A stretch of DNA of 64,000 nucleotides from Candidatus Krumholzibacteriota bacterium (lineage in GTDB: Bacteria > Krumholzibacteriota > Krumholzibacteriia > Krumholzibacteriales > Krumholzibacteriaceae). The stretch is taken from assembly GCA_041309605.1 (NCBI GenBank), contig JBFYZH010000017.1, positions 516-64,515 on the forward strand. Direction: 5' to 3'. Shown piece after piece: positions 37,757 to 46,715 of this stretch (positions are counted from its first letter, which is position 1; every line of letters begins with the position of its first letter). Under the pieces are notes generated by a model. It made no database searches, was not told where the DNA came from, and worked only from the letters and a program-made list of their open reading frames with translations. The position numbers and the translations under genes are program-made.

Positions 37757-39499
37757 TCACCGCTTGACGGGCGCGCGGGACGTGTCGGCTCCGGCTTTTG
37801 CGGTCCCCCACATCTCCCCGCGCAATCTGTCGAACCTTTCCCTGGCGAGCGATTCGAGAATGGAGGAATTCAGGCTCCCGTCCGGAGCGAACCCGTTCCG
37901 CTTTACCGACCTGTCCGCGACACGCTGCCCCCCGGGACGTTCATGCTGTTGAACACCCTGCTGCGCCGCGATCGAATCCGATCCGGCTGCCAGTCGGGGG
38001 ATATGACCTCGCGAAAGCATCGCGATACTGTCCGCTGTTTCCAGATCGCGTTTTCTGGCGAGCTCGGCTGCGATGGCGACCGTATCGGACATGGCCGAAT
38101 CGATGTACGTTTCCCAGTGCCTTGCGGCCTCTTCAGCCTTCATCGAAAACAGTTCCGATACCGCCCCCCTGGCCTGCTGGACCCTCGGGTAACGCGAAAT
38201 CAGATCGCCGTAGGCTTCCACGGCCTTCACGGTATCAGCTTTTTCCCGTTTGTATATCCATCCGATCGCATAAGCAGCCATCGGAGCGTAACTCGATTCA
38301 GGAAAGCTGTCGATTACGACCTGGTAGTTTGTCAGGGCCGGATCGATCTCGCCGAGCCTTGTGAACTGTATTTCGGCGGCCATGAATCGTCTCTGTGCCA
38401 TCTGCTCCGTGGAAGTCCCGGCGGAGGTGTTTTTTTGCAGTTCCAGAAGTCTCTTTATGCTGGTTGCCTTCTGAAGGGCCAGGGAGGCAAACGGTGAAGT
38501 CGAAGACTCCTTCCCCGATTTCTCGAAAGCGTCCTGGGCCTGCGGCAGGGAATCGAGTTTTTCGTGATAGATGATGCCCAGCGTGTAAAAGGCCTCCGCC
38601 GAGAAATCGGATCTCGGAAACCGTTTCGTTATGTCCGTGTATACGTCCATCGCCGCGCTCAGGGAATCCATGCACATGTAACTCGACGCCCGGCCGAGCA
38701 TCACGGGTCCTTTGTCTTTCACGTTCGGGATCTCCGGCTGGATATCGTCGTAAATATCGAGAGCTTCCCGGCACTTGCCGATCTTCGTGTAGCAATCGGC
38801 CAGGGCCAGCGAGACCTGGTATTTCCTTTCCCAGGAGATGCCCTTCCTGAGCAGTTTGCCATAGTTCCCGGCGGCATTCTCCCAGTCCTTGAAGAGGTAA
38901 TAAAGTTCGGCGCTCTTCAGTACCGCTTCCTCCACGATCTCCCGCTTCGACGCTTCGCCGGCAACGGTGGTATAGTAGTCGAGTGCATCCTTGTCGTTTT
39001 CCAGCTTCAGGTTGATATCGCCGGCCAGGAAAAGGACATCGTGCCTGAGTTCGTGTTTGGGGAATCCGTTGAGAAAACGCTGCGTGTATAACAGGGCCTG
39101 GTTGTATTCCCTTTTCTCGTAATTCGCCAGAGCAAGCCAGTAAAGAGACGCGGGAACATATTCGCTCTCGGGGAAGTTCGTGGTCAGTTCAAGGAACTTC
39201 CTTATCCCCTTGTTGTATTCCCCCTGTCTTACGAGGGCCTTCCCCATCAGGAATATCGCGTCATCCACCCAGCTGCTTTCCGGTTCGTTCTGAAGAACCT
39301 TGGAGCATTTAACGACCACTTCCTTGTATTTTTCCCTGGCACTCCTGTTGTCCCCGCCCGTATTCTGTGCGTCCAGTTCCTCGGCTTCCTTGTACAATCT
39401 TCTGGCGTGGTACATCGTGTTGAAATAGACGCAAGACGAACCAACAGCCACGACGCACAGCAGGATCGCGAGGATCCGGAACGGGGATGTTCTTTTCAT
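37757..39499 (-). CDS. TPR-repeat lipoprotein (hypothetical)
   Basis: Lipoprotein-like N-terminus MKRTSPFRILAILLCVVAVGSSC, then about 10 TPR-like helical hairpins (YYTTVAGE...ALADCYTKIGKCREALDIY...). It lies inside the pyr gene array. Confidence 0.55.
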   Translation of the reverse strand: MKRTSPFRILAILLCVVAVGSSCVYFNTMYHARRLYKEAEELDAQNTGGDNRSAREKYKEVVVKCSKVLQNEPESSWVDDAIFLMGKALVRQGEYNKGIRKFLELTTNFPESEYVPASLYWLALANYEKREYNQALLYTQRFLNGFPKHELRHDVLFLAGDINLKLENDKDALDYYTTVAGEASKREIVEEAVLKSAELYYLFKDWENAAGNYGKLLRKGISWERKYQVSLALADCYTKIGKCREALDIYDDIQPEIPNVKDKGPVMLGRASSYMCMDSLSAAMDVYTDITKRFPRSDFSAEAFYTLGIIYHEKLDSLPQAQDAFEKSGKESSTSPFASLALQKATSIKRLLELQKNTSAGTSTEQMAQRRFMAAEIQFTRLGEIDPALTNYQVVIDSFPESSYAPMAAYAIGWIYKREKADTVKAVEAYGDLISRYPRVQQARGAVSELFSMKAEEAARHWETYIDSAMSDTVAIAAELARKRDLETADSIAMLSRGHIPRLAAGSDSIAAQQGVQQHERPGGQRVADRSVKRNGFAPDGSLNSSILESLARERFDRLRGEMWGTAKAGADTSRAPVKR

Positions 39500-39586
39500 G
39501 CCGCTCAACACATGCCCCCAATCCAGGGGTCGGGTTTTTAAGATCACATGCCGGAAGGAACATTTCCCTGTCCGGTTCCCACCCTG

Positions 39587-40888
39587 TCAGGATACATCGG
39601 AATACCACTTTCCCTCAAGGAAAACTCCGCGGACACGACCGGTGAACTTCTTTCCGATCAACGGCGTGTTGAACGATCTGGACTTGACCATGGACCTTTC
39701 GAACACCCATTCCTCCTTCGGATCGATCAGTACAAGATCGGCGGGAAACCCCGATTCCAGCCTGCCACCGGGGATTCCGATTACGGAAGCAGGCGCCGGG
39801 GAAAGCAACCGCAGGAGTTCAACGAGCTCGAACTCGCCTGTTTCGACTAATTCCGTGTTGAGCTGGGCGAAAGCTGTCTGGAGCCCGGTCATCCCCGGCG
39901 GAGCGTAATTGAACTCGACCTGCTTGTCGATCTCCGTATGGGGGGCGTGGTCGGTCGCGATGCATTCAATCGTTCCGTCCTTGAGGCCGGCCCTGAGCGC
40001 CGCGATGTCTTTCGCTCCGCGAAGCGGCGGATTGACCTTGAAGTTCCTGTCGTAGCCCTCCAGCATGGTCTCGTCGAGCGTAAGGTGGTGCGGCGACGCT
40101 TCGGCGGTGACCGTTATCCCCGTTTTCCTGGCCTTTCTTACAAGGTCGACCCCTCCGGCCGTCGAGACATGGGCTATATGAAGCCTCGCTCCCGTAAGCT
40201 CGGCCAGCTTGATATCCCTGGCTATGGCTATCTCCTCGGACGCGGCCGGGGCTCCCCTGAGGCCGAGCCGCGTCGAAACGTAGCTCTCGTTCATCTGGGC
40301 ATCGTCGGCCAGGTACGGGTCCTCGCAATGGGATATCACCGGAAGATCGATCATCCTTGCGTATTCGAGGGCGAGCCTCATCACCTTCGAGTTGGCGATG
40401 AACCTGCCGTCGTCGCTCAGCGCGACCGCTCCGGCCTTCTTCAGAAGGCGGAACTCCGTGATCTCCTCCCCGGCGAGACCCTTCGTGACCGCCCCCGTCA
40501 CGTACACCCTGCAGCGGCCCGACATCTCCGCGCGCCTTCTTATGTAATCGACGACGCTGGGGTCGTCGACGACAGGTTGTGTATTGGCCATGCACAGCAG
40601 CGAAGTGTAACCGCCCGAGGCGGCGGCGGCCGTGCCTGTTTCTATCGTCTCCTTGTCCTCGAATCCCGGCTCGCGAAGATGGGTATGTATGTCGACGAAG
40701 CCGGGGGCCAGCACGAGGCCGTCGGCGTTCAGAACTGGCAGATCCGTATCCAGCGTCTTCTGCCCGACGACCTCGCTGATCATTCCCTTCTGGACAAGAA
40801 CGGACCCGGTCCTGATCTTGCCCCCCGCCGGATCGGCGATTTTCGCGCCCATGATCCAGAAATCTCGTTTATCTTTCCAGCTGATCAT
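39587..40888 (-). CDS. pyrC: dihydroorotase
   Basis: PGFVDIHTHLREPG...HIAHVSTAGGV...ATDHAPH. The upstream 200 codons of the ORF are Arg-rich read-through; start taken at MISWKDKRDF. Confidence 0.8.
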   Translation of the reverse strand: MISWKDKRDFWIMGAKIADPAGGKIRTGSVLVQKGMISEVVGQKTLDTDLPVLNADGLVLAPGFVDIHTHLREPGFEDKETIETGTAAAASGGYTSLLCMANTQPVVDDPSVVDYIRRRAEMSGRCRVYVTGAVTKGLAGEEITEFRLLKKAGAVALSDDGRFIANSKVMRLALEYARMIDLPVISHCEDPYLADDAQMNESYVSTRLGLRGAPAASEEIAIARDIKLAELTGARLHIAHVSTAGGVDLVRKARKTGITVTAEASPHHLTLDETMLEGYDRNFKVNPPLRGAKDIAALRAGLKDGTIECIATDHAPHTEIDKQVEFNYAPPGMTGLQTAFAQLNTELVETGEFELVELLRLLSPAPASVIGIPGGRLESGFPADLVLIDPKEEWVFERSMVKSRSFNTPLIGKKFTGRVRGVFLEGKWYSDVS

Positions 40889-40914
40889 CAGTACTCCTCG
40901 TCTGCTTTTTCCGT

Positions 40915-41865
40915 TTAGTTCAATTCGTTCTCTTCCACCTTGCCGCCGGCGATTAGGAACAGCACGGCCATCCTTACGGCCACACCGTTGGTAACCTGCG
41001 GAAGGATGACCGACTGCTCGCCGTCCGCCACTTCCTGCGCGATCTCGACTCCGCGGTTCATCGGGCCGGGATGCATCACTATGCATCCTTCGGGAGCCGA
41101 CTTCAGCACGTCGCAGGATACGCCGAAAACCTCGAAATACTCCCTCATGCTCGGGAAAAGTTTCGATTTCTGTCGTTCGAGCTGTATACGGAGTATATTT
41201 ATCGCGTCCGCCCCGGAAACGGCCTTTCTCAGATCGTACTCGAGCGTGACGCCGCCCTCGCCGAGTCTCTCCACTTCGACCGGCATCATCGTGGGCGGCC
41301 CGCACACCGTCACCTTCGCTCCCATTTTCGTAAGCCCCCAGATATTCGATCTGGCGACCCTGCTGTGCATGATGTCGCCGATTATCGTGACCTTCTTCCC
41401 CTGCAGGGTTCCCCAGCGCTCCCTTAGCGTCATCATGTCGAGAAGCCCCTGCGTCGGGTGAGCGTGCTGGCCGTCCCCGGCGTTGACGATCGAACAATCG
41501 AGAAACTCCGACGCGAACTTGTGGGCGCCCGACGATTCGTGGCGCATCACCACTATATCCACCTTCATCGCCCTGATGTTCTCGAGCGTGTCCCTGAGCG
41601 TCTCGCCCTTCTTCACCGACGAAGTGGCCTTGGAAAAATTGATTATATCCGCGCTCAACCTCTTCTCGGCGAGCTCGAAACTCATTTTTGTCCTGGTGCT
41701 CGGTTCGTAGAACACGTTCGCGATCGTGACTCCCCTGAGAGCCGGAACCTTCTTGATCTTCCTTCCCAGGACTTCCTTGAAATTGTCGGCAGTATCGAGG
41801 ATCTGGCTTATATGCTCGGCCGTAAGATCTTCAAGTCCGAGAAGATGTTTTTGATTGAACTGCAC
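40915..41865 (-). CDS. pyrB: aspartate carbamoyltransferase catalytic subunit
   Basis: STRTKMSFELA...HPTQGLLD...HPGP. GTG start with a GGAGGT RBS. Confidence 0.85.
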   Translation of the reverse strand: MQFNQKHLLGLEDLTAEHISQILDTADNFKEVLGRKIKKVPALRGVTIANVFYEPSTRTKMSFELAEKRLSADIINFSKATSSVKKGETLRDTLENIRAMKVDIVVMRHESSGAHKFASEFLDCSIVNAGDGQHAHPTQGLLDMMTLRERWGTLQGKKVTIIGDIMHSRVARSNIWGLTKMGAKVTVCGPPTMMPVEVERLGEGGVTLEYDLRKAVSGADAINILRIQLERQKSKLFPSMREYFEVFGVSCDVLKSAPEGCIVMHPGPMNRGVEIAQEVADGEQSVILPQVTNGVAVRMAVLFLIAGGKVEENELN

Positions 41866-41915
41866 TTTCCGCCTACCTCCTTCCGGCGACCGGCGGTCTG
41901 ACCCGGATGGAAAGG

Positions 41916-42720
<805 letters not shown>

Positions 42721-42813
42721 AAGGTCTGACCAGGGGCATTGTATACCAGCTGCGCTTTGAATGCAACGACTTTTAACCGATTTTTTCCGCCGCCTTTTTC
42801 AGGCCGTTTTCCG

Positions 42814-43659
42814 TCAGTAAACCAGCGTGCACGCGACGACCCTGTTATCCGAAAAGGTGGGAATCAGAAGCATATTCCATTTCGCCAGGAAGCAGATGTC
42901 GGCGGAGTTGATGCCCGAACCCGTCGTATCCAGAAGGGTATAGATCCCGCCTTCCGGATCGACCAGGAGGGTTCTTCCCTTCCAGTCGGAGACAAGATAG
43001 TTGCCCTTCGAATCCATCGCGACTCCGTCGATACCCGATCCTATCGTTACAAGTTCCCCGATCTTCCCTGTTTCGATATCCACCTGCCTGAGCACCGAGT
43101 CCCCCGACACGCCCACGATGAGCCTCTTCCCATCCGCATAAAGGCCGTTCGGGCGCGCGATCAACCGGTCCCTGATCCATAATTGCACCTTTTTCCCGTC
43201 AAACCGGTATATCGCGTCGCATGAGCTGGCCGAATCGGAAATGTACACGGTTCCGTCATCGCCGACGGCGATATCATTCAGGAATATCGATCCGGCGACC
43301 GGGTGCCTGGCGACGACCTTCCCTTTCTCAACGTCGATCTCGACGAGTTCGTCCACGTCGGCGACGTAAAGCCTCGTCCCGGCGATCCCCATCCCTTTCG
43401 GCGCGTTGAGTCCTGTGATCCATTTCAGCCTGACGATTTCGCCTTTCAACGAAAGCTGGGATATGAATCCCTTTCCTTCCTTTTCATCGGGATTCCCGCC
43501 GATATTCGACACGTATAGTATGTGCCGCTCGGCGTCGTAGATCACGGATTCCGGAGTGCCGAACACGTTGCCCGTTTCCCACTTCCTGACAAGCGAGATC
43601 GCTCCCGCCCCGGCGGCGGTCATGGCGAGGATCAGGAATACGGCGGCGCATAGTTTCAC
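42814..43659 (-). CDS. secreted beta-propeller protein (SMP-30/gluconolactonase/strictosidine synthase-like)
   Basis: Signal peptide MKLCAAVFLILAMTAAGAGA. Repeated blade-like segments (LYVSNIGG..., LYVADVD..., VYISDSAS..., YLVSDWKG...). Confidence 0.5.
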   Translation of the reverse strand: MKLCAAVFLILAMTAAGAGAISLVRKWETGNVFGTPESVIYDAERHILYVSNIGGNPDEKEGKGFISQLSLKGEIVRLKWITGLNAPKGMGIAGTRLYVADVDELVEIDVEKGKVVARHPVAGSIFLNDIAVGDDGTVYISDSASSCDAIYRFDGKKVQLWIRDRLIARPNGLYADGKRLIVGVSGDSVLRQVDIETGKIGELVTIGSGIDGVAMDSKGNYLVSDWKGRTLLVDPEGGIYTLLDTTGSGINSADICFLAKWNMLLIPTFSDNRVVACTLVY

Positions 43660-43671
43660 GGCATCACTCCT

Positions 43672-43980
43672 CTATTTCCTGACTTTCCTGCCGAGCACTT
43701 TCTCCACGTCCGCGATTTTTCCGTCAAGGCGTCCGGTGGCGCCCTCGCTATCGTCTATCTTTATCGATGTAACAACGCGCGACGAGACGCCCCGCATCTC
43801 CATGTGGCATTTTTGTATCAGGTCCATCACTTCGCCGAATTCCCCCTCGACCGTCGTCTCCATCGGGCCCATTTTGTAATCGAGCCCCGAATCGTCTATG
43901 ATGGCCATAACCCTCGCCACGTATCCGCCCAGTTTCACGCCCTTGTCGAGCGGCACTATGGAAAAACTCGCAAGCATCAC
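43672..43980 (-). CDS. MTH1187/YkoF-family small protein
   Basis: 102 aa: MLASFSIVPLDKGVKLGGYVARVMAIIDDSGLDYKMGPMETTVEGEFGEVMDLIQKCH. The fold-family pattern is recalled from memory. Confidence 0.55.
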   Translation of the reverse strand: MMLASFSIVPLDKGVKLGGYVARVMAIIDDSGLDYKMGPMETTVEGEFGEVMDLIQKCHMEMRGVSSRVVTSIKIDDSEGATGRLDGKIADVEKVLGRKVRK

Positions 43981-44034
43981 GAACCTCCGGCAATCGTTTC
44001 TTCCAGTCCATTTGCCAGGAAACAGTAAATAAGG

Positions 44035-45036
44035 CTACTTTTTCATCGCGCCGACAAGTTTTTCGATCAACGCTCCGTCGTTCTTCAGAAGACCGGAGGC
44101 GGGTAATCGCGGCACGAGTTCCGCCCACCGCTTGTCCATCCTGTACGCCCGGGCAAGATAGGGGATCGCCTCATCCATTCTTCCCGATTCGGCCAGCGTA
44201 ATACCCACCCAGAAGGCGGCTTCGCCGTTGGTCGCCTTGTCCGGGACCAGGGTCGTGGCCGTATCGTAGCATTCCAGCGCCTTCTGCATGTCGCCGGAAG
44301 CCGTCCATTCATCCCCTTCATTGAGTTTCAAATAGGCCCTCTGCAGTTTCACAAGGCGTTTCAATTGCGCCACCGGGTCCGGATCGTCTTCGACGCTCAG
44401 ATCGAAAATCCGGTCCACCCATTGCCTGCCCGTGTTTTTGCCCGACACTACAAGTATCGCGGCCGACTGTCGCCCCCTGATGTCGCCGCCTTCCATCTCG
44501 GCCGCCTCGAGGGCTGCAAGGAGCCTGTCGGCGAGGTCGCCCCGGGCTTCTTCGTACGCGCGGGCCATGGCGTCCCAGACGGTCGGCCTGTCCATGAGGT
44601 TCGCCTGCGTAGAATACTGGGCCCCCTGGTGGTGTCCCGCCGCGAAAACCGCCCTGGAACCGGTGTGCACCGCGACGTTGCCGCCGGCGTCGACCATCGC
44701 CACCTGCCTGACGGCCTCCCCCGGGTCGGTGGTCACAAGGACGCGGAGCGCTTCCTCCGCCGTCCTGCCCATTTTCATCAGCTCCAGACCGAGCGGCCCG
44801 TACGACGGCTGGACGAATGACTGGGTCGCGACGGCGCCGACACCGGCTTCGGCCCACGGCACGATGGACCCCACGGAAAACCAGTGCGATTGAACGGCGA
44901 CCCCCATCTGCCCCGTCAGCGAGTCGCGTGCGACGATCGAATATGTCGCCACGGGCCTTAGCGGCAGATCCGCCCCGTTGACGACGGTTTGCATCGAGAC
45001 AAAAAACGCGCAGGCCATTGCGGTGAATATTTTCAT
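44035..45036 (-). CDS. DUF1028-family secreted protein with C-terminal TPR-like extension
   Basis: YSIVARDSLTGQMGVAVQSHWFSVGSIVPWAEAGVGAVATQSFV matches my memory of the DUF1028 N-terminus. Start taken at MKIFTAMACAFFVSMQ (signal-like). Confidence 0.55.
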   Translation of the reverse strand: MKIFTAMACAFFVSMQTVVNGADLPLRPVATYSIVARDSLTGQMGVAVQSHWFSVGSIVPWAEAGVGAVATQSFVQPSYGPLGLELMKMGRTAEEALRVLVTTDPGEAVRQVAMVDAGGNVAVHTGSRAVFAAGHHQGAQYSTQANLMDRPTVWDAMARAYEEARGDLADRLLAALEAAEMEGGDIRGRQSAAILVVSGKNTGRQWVDRIFDLSVEDDPDPVAQLKRLVKLQRAYLKLNEGDEWTASGDMQKALECYDTATTLVPDKATNGEAAFWVGITLAESGRMDEAIPYLARAYRMDKRWAELVPRLPASGLLKNDGALIEKLVGAMKK

Positions 45037-45173
45037 GGAGACCTCCCGATTCGAAACCACGCCGGGAAAAACGCAATTCACGACAAGGGCGGGGGAGCGG
45101 TTGCCATGCCGCGATTCGGGCATTCCGCGGGGTTCGTTTCCCGTTCGGCCGGACATGACGAAACGATCCCGAC

Positions 45174-46703
45174 CTAAACGAACTCGCCCTTGAGGTTTCT
45201 CTTGCCGTCGAGGGAAAGTATCTCGAAATCCTCGCGGTGAAGCCTGGGGTCGTCGATTATCTCGACCACCATCCTGTAGCGGTCGGCCAGTTCGCGCAGG
45301 AATTCATTCCTCTCTTCCCTCATGTATATGCCCAGGACCGGGTTCACCCTGAACTGCATCCCCTGAACTTTCTTGAGCACCCCGATCCTTCTCATCCAAT
45401 GCTCGATCTTCATCGCCATGGATTCGATGCTCAGGATCTTGCCGCTCCCCACGCAGTAGGGGCACTCGTCGCTGTAGTAATGGAGCAGGCTGGGGCGGAC
45501 CCTCTTGCGGCTGACCTCGATGAGCCCGAGATCGCTGATCTGCGACACCCTGGCCCTCGAGCGATCCTTGCGAAGAGCGCCGCGGAATTCGTTGTAGACC
45601 TTCTTGCGGTTCTCCTCGCGTTCCATATCGATGAAATCTATGACGATTATCCCGCCGATATCCCTGAGCCTCAGCTGCCTGGCGATCTCCCGGGCCGCAA
45701 TCAGGTTCGTCTCGAGGATCGTATCCTCCTGGTTCTTCTTTCCCGTGAACCTGCCGGTATTGACGTCGATGGAAACCAGGGCTTCGGTATGCTCGATGAC
45801 GATATACCCGCCCTTTCGGACCCATATCTTGCTCTCCAGGGTCTTCTCGATCTCGTCCTCTATTTCGTAATAATCGAATATCGGGGTTTTGTCGGAATAA
45901 TAATTCACCCTCGACGCCAGGTGCGGCGCGAACGATTTGAGGTAAGCGCCCAGCCTGTCGCACTCCTGCTTGTTGTCGACGATGATCTGGCTGACGTCCT
46001 CGGTGAAAAGATCCCTCAGGGCGAAGACGGTGATATCCACGTCCTCGTGCACCAGCGCCGGCGGCGTGGCCGATTCTATCTTTTTGGCTATTTCCTGCCA
46101 CCTGGTTTCGAGGGATTTCATATCGTCGCGCAGCTGCTGTTCCTCCACCCCGTTTCCCGCGGTACGGACTATGACGGCCGATCCCTTGGGCCGGTACTTT
46201 CGGATGATATTACGCAGCCTGTTGCGTTCCTTGCGATTTTCGATCTTCTTGCTTATCCCGATATGGTCGAGGTTGGGCATGAGTACGGCGTAGCGTCCGG
46301 GCAGGGATATCTGGGAGGAGACCCTCGGGCCCTTCGTGCCGATCGCTTCCTTCCTGATCTGAACGACGATCTCCTGTCCCTTCTTCAGAAGGCTCTCTAT
46401 CGGGGGAAAATCCTTTCTTTTCCTGCCGGTGTTTATCTCGAAATCCTCGTCGTCGACGAGTTCCGGATCGAGAGCCCCGGTGGCGACGTCGCTCACATGC
46501 AGGAAAGCCGCCCTCTCCTGGCCGATATCGACGAAAGCCGCCTGTATCCCGGGAATCACGGCATTTATCCTGCCGATATATATCCCCCCCACCGTCCTTC
46601 TGCTTTCCTCCCGTTCGATGAGGAACTCGACCAGTTCGTTGTCCTCGAGGATCGCGATCCTGATCTCCCTCTGCGTGTAGTTGATGACGATCTCTTTTTT
46701 CAT
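45174..46703 (-). CDS. rng: ribonuclease G/E family endoribonuclease
   Basis: S1 domain (GGIYIGRINAVIPGIQAAFVDIG), a DNase-I-like/RNase H catalytic region and a zinc link CPYCVGSG. Confidence 0.8.
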   Translation of the reverse strand: MKKEIVINYTQREIRIAILEDNELVEFLIEREESRRTVGGIYIGRINAVIPGIQAAFVDIGQERAAFLHVSDVATGALDPELVDDEDFEINTGRKRKDFPPIESLLKKGQEIVVQIRKEAIGTKGPRVSSQISLPGRYAVLMPNLDHIGISKKIENRKERNRLRNIIRKYRPKGSAVIVRTAGNGVEEQQLRDDMKSLETRWQEIAKKIESATPPALVHEDVDITVFALRDLFTEDVSQIIVDNKQECDRLGAYLKSFAPHLASRVNYYSDKTPIFDYYEIEDEIEKTLESKIWVRKGGYIVIEHTEALVSIDVNTGRFTGKKNQEDTILETNLIAAREIARQLRLRDIGGIIVIDFIDMEREENRKKVYNEFRGALRKDRSRARVSQISDLGLIEVSRKRVRPSLLHYYSDECPYCVGSGKILSIESMAMKIEHWMRRIGVLKKVQGMQFRVNPVLGIYMREERNEFLRELADRYRMVVEIIDDPRLHREDFEILSLDGKRNLKGEFV

Positions 46704-46715
46704 TTCTTCCTCTGA

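Noticed and set aside
41866-41915. Second PyrR attenuator between pyrR and pyrB (GGGUCAGACCGCCGGUCGCCGG palindromic segment)
   Set aside because: Only about 50 nt and mostly occupied by the RBS. The GC palindrome has no flanking U-run and no binding-loop-like sequence.
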